Origin: Candidatus Obscuribacteraceae bacterium
Lineage (GTDB): Bacteria; Cyanobacteriota; Vampirovibrionia; Obscuribacterales; Obscuribacteraceae
Assembly: GCA_044226015.1 (NCBI GenBank)
Contig: JBGAHS010000006.1
Span: 96,001 to 160,000, forward strand
Direction: 5' to 3'
Length of the DNA: 64,000 nucleotides
The notes beneath the pieces are model-generated. The model did not search any database, was not told where the DNA came from, and was given only the letters and a program-made list of their open reading frames with translations. This document shows positions 40,450 to 49,674 of the stretch, piece after piece. The number at the start of each line of letters is the position of its first letter. Position 1 is the first letter of the stretch. A program made the position numbers and the translations under genes.

Positions 40450-41418
40450 GTGAGTGTCGCTGAGAGTTCGATGGATGCCACCAATTCCGGTGCTGTTCGC
40501 ATAGCGATAGCAGTTGATCAGATCAGCAAGCGTTATCACGGCAATAAGAACAAAAGCCTCGACGAAATGAGTTTCAACGTCAAAGAAGGCGAAACTATTG
40601 GCATTATAGGACCCAACGGTGCTGGCAAAACAACTCTCATCATGTGTCTTCTCGGCTTGCACCGTCCAGACACAGGAAAAATTGATATCTTTGGCTTCAA
40701 ACCGGGTGATGTAAAATTGAACTCGCTGATTGGGTATATGCCTGAGCGGCTTAATTTTGAGCCCTGGCTCAGTGGTCGTGAGTTCATTAGTTATCATTGC
40801 GAATTGGCTTGTATCCCAAAACGCGATGTCGCCGATGAAACTCGAAATCAACTTCGAGCAGCCGGTCTAGCTGAAGGTGCATGGGATAGGCAAATCAGAA
40901 CATATTCTCGCGGCATGTTACAACGGGTCGGCATTGCTCAAGCGTTGATTAACAGCCCTCGTCTACTATTGCTAGATGAGCCCACATCGGGCATCGACCC
41001 AGTTGGTGCTATGGAAATTCTTGAAACAATTGATAGCAACAAAAGCGCAGGTAAGACGATTTTGATCAACTCTCATCAACTGGATCACCTTGAGCGTATT
41101 TGCGATCGAGTCATTTTTGTGCAAGACGGGAAGGTCGCCGGTGAAGACGTTCTCTGTGAAGAGAACAGCAAAACCTACAGACTGGTTATTCGTTGGCTTC
41201 AGTGCGAGTTGAGCTCTGAGGGAATCGATGCAATAGCGTTGCAGTCTGGCGCTAGGGTTATCTCTCAAAGTGAACAACAAGCGATGTTTTTGGTTCGTGG
41301 TGACAAGGGCGCCAGTGCGATACTGAAAAATCTTGCCATGGCTGGTTTACCAGTCTATAGTGCACAAGCGGAGCAACGGCTCGAGGCGTTTTTTAGAAAC
41401 GAGGAAATAGCAGACTGA
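40450..41418 (+). CDS. ABC transporter ATP-binding protein (exporter type)
   Basis: GPNGAGKTT, YSRGMLQR, LLLDEPT, SH switch. Confidence 0.95.
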   Translation: MSVAESSMDATNSGAVRIAIAVDQISKRYHGNKNKSLDEMSFNVKEGETIGIIGPNGAGKTTLIMCLLGLHRPDTGKIDIFGFKPGDVKLNSLIGYMPERLNFEPWLSGREFISYHCELACIPKRDVADETRNQLRAAGLAEGAWDRQIRTYSRGMLQRVGIAQALINSPRLLLLDEPTSGIDPVGAMEILETIDSNKSAGKTILINSHQLDHLERICDRVIFVQDGKVAGEDVLCEENSKTYRLVIRWLQCELSSEGIDAIALQSGARVISQSEQQAMFLVRGDKGASAILKNLAMAGLPVYSAQAEQRLEAFFRNEEIAD

Positions 41419-42095
41419 TGTACGTCTCGTTACCAATCATAAAAACGACCCTGACCTGGTTGTTCAGAGTTAGTAATACAAAAGTGATGCTAGCTTGCTT
41501 CTTCCTCGCTACTCTTCTACCCTCTTCCACGCAGCTGCAGGGAGTAGCTGTAATGATGCCGTTGATGATGGGGGCGCAGGGCGTGAGTACTGGGATAAGG
41601 CAAGATTGCCTTGAGCTTTTGTTTTGTCGCCCAATTTCAAAGTCTTGCTTTGTGTTCAGCAAATGGTTGGCGTATATGTTAACTATGTGGGCTATTCTGC
41701 CTTGTCATATTCCAATTCTGCTGGTGATGCGTGATTCGTTTCAGGCTATAGCAGTGAAATTGCTTGCCTTATTCTTAAGCACTTGTATCGCTTCTGCGGC
41801 TGGGGCTCTAATCAGGGTGCTGATAATTGATCCGAAACGGCAGGGAATATGCCTTATGATCAGTCTGGTAACTGGTTTTCTCTTTGGTGTGGACATTGAT
41901 CCTAAAGCAATGCCCTACCTGCCCGAAATCAAGAAATTTCTTTGCCCAACACTCATTCATGATGTTTTTGGCCAAGCTACTTGTTCTGTCGGTTTAACAG
42001 ATATTTGTCTTGCGATCTTAAATACTGCATTTTTTCTATCAATTGCGATTTTAGTAATGAAGCGACAACAGATGTCTTATTCGTTTGATACTTAG
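41418..42095 (+). CDS. ABC-2 type permease
   Basis: Multiple TMs, LELLFCRPISK...SKW; TGATG coupling to the ATPase. Confidence 0.8.
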   Translation: MYVSLPIIKTTLTWLFRVSNTKVMLACFFLATLLPSSTQLQGVAVMMPLMMGAQGVSTGIRQDCLELLFCRPISKSCFVFSKWLAYMLTMWAILPCHIPILLVMRDSFQAIAVKLLALFLSTCIASAAGALIRVLIIDPKRQGICLMISLVTGFLFGVDIDPKAMPYLPEIKKFLCPTLIHDVFGQATCSVGLTDICLAILNTAFFLSIAILVMKRQQMSYSFDT

Positions 42096-42182
42096 TTCAT
42101 GAACCTATTACAGTGCGTGGGACCAATTCCGTTAGAACAGACATTTTGCGGTTGATAGCAGAATCCGTACCGGTGGTCGATT

Positions 42183-42578
42183 TCACCTGGTTTGTTTGGG
42201 AACCAAAGTGGCTCTTGTCCGTTGCTCTTTGATCAATTTCTCCAGTCTTTTTGCTTGTTTAAGACAGTCTGCACACTTCAATTTGGATTTGTATTTTTTG
42301 CAGAGTGCTAGCTCTCTGTCAGCCTGAAGTGCTTTACCTTGAGCCATGAAGACATTAGCCAGAACCCAATGCGCCTCATGATTTCTTGGGTCCTGCTTCA
42401 GTGATTTATTTGCATTTGCTATTGCTGCTTCATATTGGCCAGCAAACATGTCTTTCATTGCCCTTTCTGCAAGGAGCTTTGCGTTGCTTTCAGAACGCGC
42501 TGCCAGCGTCGCCGGTTCAGCCACCAGTACAGCGAAGAGAATATAGAATAAGAGCATTTTTCTATTGAGGGAAATCAA
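42183..42578 (-). CDS. Small exported TPR protein
   Basis: Signal peptide; AAIANANKSLKQDPRNHEAHWVLA. Confidence 0.7.
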   Translation of the reverse strand: MISLNRKMLLFYILFAVLVAEPATLAARSESNAKLLAERAMKDMFAGQYEAAIANANKSLKQDPRNHEAHWVLANVFMAQGKALQADRELALCKKYKSKLKCADCLKQAKRLEKLIKEQRTRATLVPKQTR

Positions 42579-42722
42579 GTTGAACTCGATGAAACTCGAT
42601 GATTAGGAGGCTGGCTGTGGTGTGGACTCCACATCTTCAATAATGATAAGTTGAGCAGACTCTCCACACAAGAAAAGGTAGACTGAATCAAAAATTGTAA
42701 TGTCAGTTGCGGGAGAATTTCA

Positions 42723-43253
42723 TTGTTTCAAGAAATAGAAACAGAGCGCTTGCTCCTACGCCGACTGCGTTCGGCTGATGCCGCTCCGATGTTTGAGTAC
42801 CGGGTAAGTCCGGACGTATGTCTGTACCAATCTTGGTTGCCGGAGTCGATTGAGGAAGTTCTATCACTTATTCGTCTTATGGAAGCACGAGAAATAAGTG
42901 AAGGATGGTTTCAGCTTGGCATTGCTCTGAAGGATGGAACCTTGATTGGTGACCTGGGCATTCACGTGCTTGAATCTGAACCCCGTATCTGCGAGTTGGG
43001 TGTTACCTTAAACCCGTTGTTTCAATCAAATGGATATGCCCTTGAAGCGCTAAGAGCCGTAATCGATTTTCTCTTTAAAAGTTGTGGAAAGCATCGAATT
43101 TACGCATCCATAGATCCACGCAATCAAAAGTCACTCATGTTGTTTGAACGATTAGGTCTGCGTAAGGAGGCTCACCATTCCAAAAGCCTCTGGTTTAAAA
43201 ATGAATGGGTTGATGACGTCATTTTTGCAATACTCGACGAGGAATGGAAATGA
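42723..43253 (+). CDS. GNAT acetyltransferase, RimJ/RimL family
   Basis: IETERLLLR, LIGDLG, GYALEAL, NQKSLMLFERLG, AILDEEW. Confidence 0.93.
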   Translation: MFQEIETERLLLRRLRSADAAPMFEYRVSPDVCLYQSWLPESIEEVLSLIRLMEAREISEGWFQLGIALKDGTLIGDLGIHVLESEPRICELGVTLNPLFQSNGYALEALRAVIDFLFKSCGKHRIYASIDPRNQKSLMLFERLGLRKEAHHSKSLWFKNEWVDDVIFAILDEEWK

Positions 43254-43431
43254 ACCATTCCTCTGTAAACGCATCACGTTTTGAGTGTCACACTTTATCA
43301 CTGAAATTTCGTCGATTTAATTTTCCAGGTAGAAATCTGAACTGAAAAATCATTTTCGCTCTAAAAACGGCAGAAAAATTCGAGCCTGAAAATGATTTAC
43401 CGGTAATGCTTTTCGGCTTATTTGAGCGTCG

Positions 43432-43459
43432 ATGAAACATAATATACATTATGAGAAAC
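43432..43459 (-). other. dif: Putative dif site (XerC/XerD recombination site)
   Basis: Minus strand GTTTCTCATAA-TGTATA-TTATGTTTCAT vs E. coli GGTGCGCATAA-TGTATA-TTATGTTAAAT (23/28); AT-rich gap between convergent genes. Confidence 0.8.
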
Positions 43460-43506
43460 TGGACTAGATTCCATCTTATAGATATGAACAAGAAGTAGTT
43501 CGACTT

Positions 43507-44292
43507 CTAGTCTTCGTTTTTGTTCTGCTTCTCTTCTTCGTCCTTGCGGCGCTGTTCAGCTTCCTCTTCGGCACGCCTATCCGCATCGGCTGAGCTCTTA
43601 TAAGCAGGAATCATGTACAGAAGGCGCTTATCAACTTCACCAGGTTTTTGAATATCGACCTGCCAATTATCACGAACCCAATTCAGCCAGGGACGATGGA
43701 TCTTTGCAATCGTCTCGCCGTTGTTGTTGGTTAGCGTAAAGTCAGTTGCAAGAAACTCGACCTTTTCAGAGGTGGCAATCTTGTTTCCTTTGTCATCTAC
43801 TATTGAATAGATGGTGTGTGGATGCCACCATGATTTGAAAACCTCTTCCTGGATGCCTCCGATTGATTTGCCATTTGCATCTGTGACATCAATTTTGGTG
43901 CCCCAACTGAATATGCGTTCTTTGCCAGTGGCTTGTGTTGCACCCGCAGCATCCTTATATTCAAATGTCTTGTGCAAATGGAGCATCTTTTGATCGACAA
44001 CACCTTCCGGTTTTCCATGCTCATCTTTTATGTCGAAGGTCCATCCCCAGGAAAAAACTCGGGATGACATTGTGTGATGTTCGGGAGCTTGAGCATCCGG
44101 TTGGGACCCAGCGACTGCTTGCTTTGGCTGCTTGTCAGCTACGAGAGTGAGCTCAGGCAATGACTGTGCACTTGCGCTGCGATGTCTATCGCGCCATTCA
44201 TCAAAAGATCTACCCGCATCAGGATCCAAATGTAGAAGTGCTTGTGTACCAGCTTTCTCTGTTCTGCTCGTATCCAATGCGCGGTCGCTCAT
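43507..44292 (-). CDS. LURP-one/scramblase (Tubby C-like) domain protein
   Basis: FSWGWTFDIKDEHG, ERIFSWGTKIDVTDANG, DFTL, IAKIHR, WVRDNWQVDI; GGGG RBS before ATG 44292. Confidence 0.8.
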   Translation of the reverse strand: MSDRALDTSRTEKAGTQALLHLDPDAGRSFDEWRDRHRSASAQSLPELTLVADKQPKQAVAGSQPDAQAPEHHTMSSRVFSWGWTFDIKDEHGKPEGVVDQKMLHLHKTFEYKDAAGATQATGKERIFSWGTKIDVTDANGKSIGGIQEEVFKSWWHPHTIYSIVDDKGNKIATSEKVEFLATDFTLTNNNGETIAKIHRPWLNWVRDNWQVDIQKPGEVDKRLLYMIPAYKSSADADRRAEEEAEQRRKDEEEKQNKNED

Positions 44293-44510
44293 ATCCAACC
44301 CCCTATCACAATCACAACTGTCACCCACCGCTATGATTTTCGATTATCGGAAGTCGGTCTATCAAGGCGCTAATTGGGAGGAATACCATGGCCGGTGGCT
44401 TAGCTTTGTCTCAGAGAAGTTAGGCTTAATGTTTCTCTGTCCTTTCCGATTTCAACGCTATTTGGTTTAACACTGCAGAGGAATAGCTATTCGTACCCAA
44501 TTGCTTCTCA

Positions 44511-45566
44511 TCAGGTGCTTCGACTAATGTGGGTTAGGACACCACCAATGGTGATCAGACCGATGCCTATGGCTCTGGTGTTGTTGAACTTTTCTTTCAA
44601 AACAAACAGCGCCAAAAGGTACATAACAATGGGATAAATGCCTGTGATTGCGATTACATATGATGCACTGGTCTTCGACAAAGCTACGAAATATGCAGCA
44701 CCACCACCGGCGAGGCATAGTGCCGATCGACTAGCCCAAGTCCATAATCCCATATTAGTGAAATGAAGAACATTACGTTTGTAGATCGCCCATGACACAA
44801 CCAAAAAACCAACACAAGAATCGCACAGATCCTTAGTGAGATTCACAACCAGCGGGTGAGCGTCTCCAAAACAAGCAAGCTTGTCAAATATGCCTCGGCT
44901 AGCCCAGCCGATTGATGCTACGGTCACACATAGGATAGTGAGTGCGACGCTCAGTCTGGCTTTAGTTTTTTCGTCGTGGTTTACACCATGAAGCCTTTCA
45001 ATCCTCTCTGCGGAAAGATCTGATTTATTTTCCGCCATCGCTTGAAAGCTTGATTCTTCAGTCGTGATGCTTGTTGGAACGCTGGATGTCTCTGCTGCTG
45101 CCGTTTCCATTGAATCAAATTCATGACTCGATTTTCCAAGTACAAAAATTCCGACCACAGCTACGCAGCAACCCATAAGGCGAATCGGACTCAGTGGTTC
45201 GTTCAGGAAGAGCATTGCCAATATTTGGGCGATTACCGGATAACTCGCTGTTGCACCGAGAATGAGGCTCGCCTCGGCTCTGGACAATGCAAATAGATAG
45301 GAAATGGTGGAAACAAAATAGACGACTGCGCCCATGCTCTCATAAAGAATCATTTCCCGGCTTATTTTCCAGCCAGGCGAAGTAAGCGTTAGCACTACGG
45401 ACAGTGTCAAAGCAATTAGAGGTGCAAAGCAATAAACTGCAGCCATTTGACCGACAGGAGATGTATAGCCAAGAGCCTTTTTATCGCAGATTCCCCACGC
45501 TCCCCAAAAGAAGAGACAAATGACGATCATCGAATTCAATAAGATTTCGTCCGAAATGCTCGTCAT
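44511..45566 (-). CDS. EamA/DMT family transporter
   Basis: Two 5-TM repeats (ASYP...LFLNE; GIYP...FVLKE). Confidence 0.88.
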   Translation of the reverse strand: MTSISDEILLNSMIVICLFFWGAWGICDKKALGYTSPVGQMAAVYCFAPLIALTLSVVLTLTSPGWKISREMILYESMGAVVYFVSTISYLFALSRAEASLILGATASYPVIAQILAMLFLNEPLSPIRLMGCCVAVVGIFVLGKSSHEFDSMETAAAETSSVPTSITTEESSFQAMAENKSDLSAERIERLHGVNHDEKTKARLSVALTILCVTVASIGWASRGIFDKLACFGDAHPLVVNLTKDLCDSCVGFLVVSWAIYKRNVLHFTNMGLWTWASRSALCLAGGGAAYFVALSKTSASYVIAITGIYPIVMYLLALFVLKEKFNNTRAIGIGLITIGGVLTHISRST

Positions 45567-46327
45567 TTGATCTGAGTGCTGTTAGGTTTTGGCATTGTTT
45601 TGTTTGCATGCTTGTACAAGCTCCATATGCCTTTCAATGTAAGATGAGGATCTGTCCTTTCTATGGATTTACATAAAGGTGCAAGGTATTCAGACCAACC
45701 CCCAGTAGCAATCACAGCAAGGTCGTCGCCTAATTCTGTCTTGAATATTGATATCCAGTTTTCAACAATTCCAACATGGGCTGTAACAGTGCCCCTGCAA
45801 ATTGCCCCGTAAGAGTCATAAGCTGGTTCGAGTGATTTTGCCTGTCTCGGGTCGATTATCGGAAGTTCGGGAAGTGCCTCACTTAATTTGGCACAAATTG
45901 TTCCAAGACCTAGTGTAATGAAGCCACCTTTGAATTTGCCAGCGCGAGAAGCCGCTGTGATAGTGGTGGCAGTTCCGAAATCAATCGCCACGACTGGTCT
46001 ATCTCCTTCAAACATTTCCCAGGCTGCGGCTACATCAGCAATGCGGTCTGCCCCAATTCCCTCATAAAAACCTGAGACAGGCTCATGTATTTTTGCGCTT
46101 AACTCAAGGGCAACTTGTTTGGAATTCGACTCAAGCGCAGTCCTGATATTACGACTCACATGGCTTCGTACTGAGCAGAGCACCAGCGGAAACTCCGAAC
46201 TAGCAAGCTCTTTCAGGATGCTTTCGCTATCTCTTGTTGAGCTTCTCTCGACTTGTCCGACGTCTCCCTTTTCTATTACGGCGCGCTTTATTTCACTGTT
46301 TCCGACATCAACTGCGAGAATCTTCAT
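45563..46327 (-). CDS. coaX: Type III pantothenate kinase
   Basis: DVGNS, CSV, GADR, DFGTATT, GGFI, ATGG, LTLKGI. Confidence 0.95.
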   Translation of the reverse strand: MKILAVDVGNSEIKRAVIEKGDVGQVERSSTRDSESILKELASSEFPLVLCSVRSHVSRNIRTALESNSKQVALELSAKIHEPVSGFYEGIGADRIADVAAAWEMFEGDRPVVAIDFGTATTITAASRAGKFKGGFITLGLGTICAKLSEALPELPIIDPRQAKSLEPAYDSYGAICRGTVTAHVGIVENWISIFKTELGDDLAVIATGGWSEYLAPLCKSIERTDPHLTLKGIWSLYKHANKTMPKPNSTQIK

Positions 46328-47562
46328 TTTGATTGTTCCGGTCCCAACTTTTGGATTGCTCCCAGAAATAGAATACTGTCCGTGGTGTCGTCAGCAATAG
46401 CGAAAATAAACGGTCTGTCAACCGTCATACTAAACTTGTCGGGAATAAATCTTGCTGTTTCAGCCTGCATCACTACAGCGGTTACGGCAGCAGCTTCCGT
46501 GCCTTCTTCGTTGACCTGTACGTATGTTTTGTGCAAGACATCTGCGATGCGAATTTTTTGTGCAGTTTCAAACATAGGTGAAAAATCAGCCTGTTCGAAA
46601 GTGAATGCACGTGTTACTCCAAGCGATTTTAGTGCATCAACCAGCCCTTTGGAATACTCAAGCGTAAACCGAGGTAAGCCCAAATAGGCTTCTGGTTTAG
46701 TGGAGAATGAACTTTTCCACTTCTTCCAATTCGCAGCGGAAAACTGCTTTATGAGCTCATCCAATGCAGTTCCGGAATCTGGAAGAAAAATGTATGCCTT
46801 GAGTCTTTTTCCAGCGTAAGGAAGTGCTACTGCCTTGAAACCTTGCCCGACATATGCACTGAGATCACCTGATAGCGACATCATTTTTACGTTATTTTTG
46901 CTGCCGTCAGCGTTATGGAAAGGCGCGTCTGAACTAAGTTCTTTCTTAAAAGGAGTATTCCATTTGCCTTTGAAATAAACAGCATTTGCGAGAATACCAG
47001 CCAGGTCGCCTGGTGGCTTGTCAATAATAGATTTGATTTTCCCTTCCGTTTTCTCTTTTGCCCAATCGTTTACAGACTGGATTCCTTCAGGCTTATTGAG
47101 GGAAACAGTCTTGCATTCTGCAGAGAAATTACTCTTGCAATCGTTGATAAAAGCCGCTTTGAACTTGAATTGAGTGTCTGCAAAAATGGCATTGGCATTG
47201 GTGAATTTGCAAACATTTGATAATGACGCGATCGATTTGTTCAATTCGGCAAAGTTATTGCTATCAGCTTTGACGCCCAAATGAAGAGCTTTCCCTAATT
47301 CAGACTTGGTATCGCCATGTGCACCATACCAGGCCATCGAGCATGCGGTAGCAATGCTGTAAGGCGAAATGAATATGTTTTTCGTCTTAGCTTCGCTTTT
47401 CTGGAGGTAATGCAAAAGGTCAAATCCAAAAGAATTTTCTGCTGTTGCGAGCTGTGATGACTCATGCGAAACGTCAGCTGACGCCATTTGTACGGCACCT
47501 CCACCGAGAAGCAAACCAGCGATCAAACAGAAAATATGCTTTGTCGCGCCCACTTTCTTCAT
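46324..47562 (-). CDS. Secreted serpin
   Basis: Signal peptide; NIFISPYSI, NAVYFKGKW, LPRF, hinge VNEEGTEAAAVT, DRPFIF. Confidence 0.96.
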   Translation of the reverse strand: MKKVGATKHIFCLIAGLLLGGGAVQMASADVSHESSQLATAENSFGFDLLHYLQKSEAKTKNIFISPYSIATACSMAWYGAHGDTKSELGKALHLGVKADSNNFAELNKSIASLSNVCKFTNANAIFADTQFKFKAAFINDCKSNFSAECKTVSLNKPEGIQSVNDWAKEKTEGKIKSIIDKPPGDLAGILANAVYFKGKWNTPFKKELSSDAPFHNADGSKNNVKMMSLSGDLSAYVGQGFKAVALPYAGKRLKAYIFLPDSGTALDELIKQFSAANWKKWKSSFSTKPEAYLGLPRFTLEYSKGLVDALKSLGVTRAFTFEQADFSPMFETAQKIRIADVLHKTYVQVNEEGTEAAAVTAVVMQAETARFIPDKFSMTVDRPFIFAIADDTTDSILFLGAIQKLGPEQSK

Positions 47563-47691
47563 CTAAATTCCTCTGGCATTCACCTGGAGAGTATTTTGAC
47601 GCAAATCAATTTGTTTGTAATTACATTTGTCTCTTGAAACGCTAGAAGAGGGGTGGCGTTTGCATTGGTTAACAGGATGAATTTACGTCCT

Positions 47692-47888
47692 GTCGTATTG
47701 TCGAGTAGTCGTCAAATCAAACCTCAAGAGTAGGAATTGTCTCCTTTTCGGATTTAAATTTTGTTTCGATCCCAGGGTAGTGCTCAGCACTATGTCTCCT
47801 TGCGGACTTCCTCAGGGTTTTGAGAAGAGCGAGGACTGCTTGGTACCTGTCTACAGAGAGATCTGTCCCAGCTTGTCGACAATACGAC
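47692..47888. repeat. 13-bp inverted repeat GTCGTATTGTCGA / TCGACAATACGAC within 8-bp-period arrays
   Basis: Arms at 47692-47704 and 47876-47888; a 14-bp match also at 37829-37842. Confidence 0.8.
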
Positions 47889-48012
47889 CATACGACATGA
47901 CGAGTGGTTAAACATAGAACAATTTGACAGTTCAATCGTTCGTATTATTGTCTAGTTCAACATACGAACAGTCATTCATTCGTGAACTCGGCAAGACCGC
48001 GTTTGAGTAGCT

Positions 48013-49524
48013 TCAACCTGAGAGCCCTTTGCCCATCCAATGTGGTCCCTTGAACCTGTTCTTCTCTCGCAACGTGTACCAGAGACTGAGCAGAAAGATC
48101 AACGCAAGCATAGTCTTTCCGGCAGTGCCACCATTGGCGATACTAATGACGGAACAGATGAAGATAGTCCAAAGTATTGCGAGCGAGTTGATAATGTGAC
48201 TGTATTTTCCGAGGTGCCATGGACCCTGCACAATTGGTGTGTCGTGACGTCCAGCCCATGAAAGGTAGACTGGTAAGGTGTATGCTAAGTAAAGGCAAAT
48301 TGTGCTTATCGATGTGACCACCGCATAAGCAGTTCCTGTCACTTCTGTTTTGTTGATAGCTGCAAGCGCCTGGTCAATACCTACTGCTCCAAGAATAGCA
48401 GCGCAAGCGATTCCAACACATCCCCAAATAGCAGCAACGGGAACATGGTGCTTCTCCTCAACTCGTTTAAAGATGTTAGAAAAGGGCAAGCCCTCATCAC
48501 GAGCGAAAGCATAAATAACTCGCGAGCATCCTGTAACTGCACCAAGCCCACAGAACCACATAGCCATTGCTGTCAAAACAGATACTATCTTGCCCATCAG
48601 AGGTCCGAGTGACTGCACCAAAATAGCGACAACAGCAGGAATACTATGACCAGCTTCGTCTGTCGCTGTAAGAACTTTGTCGAGGTCCTTTATAGACAGG
48701 GTTAATGCCAGAAGCATGATGTAACCCACGACAGTGGACACAACCACTGCAATGACCATGCCCCATGGAGCTGTGGTGCGAGCATCTACAGTTTCTTCCG
48801 AAACACTGGCACATGAGTCATAACCAGCAAGTGTCCACTGAGCTTGCAACAAACCAAGAATGAACAATCCCCAGTAAGGCAGTTTGTCACTGCTGCGTGT
48901 AACAGCTGTCGTCAAATAACTTATGTCCTGCTTGGGTGCAAACATCAACAGTGCGCCGATTATTATGACTAATCCAACGATGTGAACGGTCACACTGAAA
49001 TCATTCAGCCAGGAAACAAGCTTAATGCCATATTGATTGATTAATGCATGTGATCCCAGTAGCACCACATACAGTATCAATAAGTTCACCTGACTAGCGG
49101 GCAGCCCTATCATGGGCATTAAGAACTGTGCGCAGCCATAATCAATTCCAGCAAGCGCAGTTGTGTATCCCAGAATAATAAACCAAGCCGTAAACCAGCC
49201 CCAACCTTTCCCTCCAAGCTCGCAAGACCAGTGATACATCGAGCCCGATGTAGGTAGCGATGATGCCAGCTCTGCCATACTCAAGACAACAAACATAGTG
49301 AAGAAGGCTACGATCGGCCAACCAAGCGTCATCTCAAGCGGTCCACCCATTCGCAAACCGTAATCGTAAAGAGTGACTGCGCCTGTCAGTACGGAAACAA
49401 CAGAAAAACCAATTGCGAAATTCGAAAATCCTCCCATTGAGCGGAAGAGTTCTTGCGCATAACCAAGTTTGCCAAGCTCTGTGTCATGCATGACAGTATT
49501 GTTTTCTGGTGCCGTTTCAGTCAT
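48013..49524 (-). CDS. APC-superfamily amino acid/polyamine permease
   Basis: LGYAQEL.R, MAELASSLPTSG, GYDSCASVSEET, SRVIYAFARDEGLP; about 12 TMs. Confidence 0.93.
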   Translation of the reverse strand: MTETAPENNTVMHDTELGKLGYAQELFRSMGGFSNFAIGFSVVSVLTGAVTLYDYGLRMGGPLEMTLGWPIVAFFTMFVVLSMAELASSLPTSGSMYHWSCELGGKGWGWFTAWFIILGYTTALAGIDYGCAQFLMPMIGLPASQVNLLILYVVLLGSHALINQYGIKLVSWLNDFSVTVHIVGLVIIIGALLMFAPKQDISYLTTAVTRSSDKLPYWGLFILGLLQAQWTLAGYDSCASVSEETVDARTTAPWGMVIAVVVSTVVGYIMLLALTLSIKDLDKVLTATDEAGHSIPAVVAILVQSLGPLMGKIVSVLTAMAMWFCGLGAVTGCSRVIYAFARDEGLPFSNIFKRVEEKHHVPVAAIWGCVGIACAAILGAVGIDQALAAINKTEVTGTAYAVVTSISTICLYLAYTLPVYLSWAGRHDTPIVQGPWHLGKYSHIINSLAILWTIFICSVISIANGGTAGKTMLALIFLLSLWYTLREKNRFKGPHWMGKGLSG

Positions 49525-49674
49525 CTTTTTTCCGCAGAAGGATTGAGTACCTATCTTAAGACAGGAGCCGTGAAAATCACTGGCTTCGCGGCGATTATCA
49601 GAAAGAAATCACATAAGAGAAAACTGCTTGTTGAAATTCCAACAAGCAGTCTAGCTAGTAATTATCAAAAACAA

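Noticed and set aside
43288..43491. 67-aa ORF across the dif-like site
   Set aside because: AT-rich with no protein-like features; region better explained as non-coding.
47692..47888. MITE bounded by 13-bp inverted repeats
   Set aside because: No target-site duplication, no second copy of the interior, and the arms sit within longer periodic arrays.
47717..47935. 72-aa minus-strand ORF
   Set aside because: TTG start, no motif, overlaps the repeat arrays; cannot be supported, though a small protein is not excluded.
47953..47966. Similarity of minus-strand GTATGTTGAACTA to the E. coli Ter core GTATGTTGTAACTA
   Set aside because: Needs a deletion in the core, single copy, and no tus gene seen.
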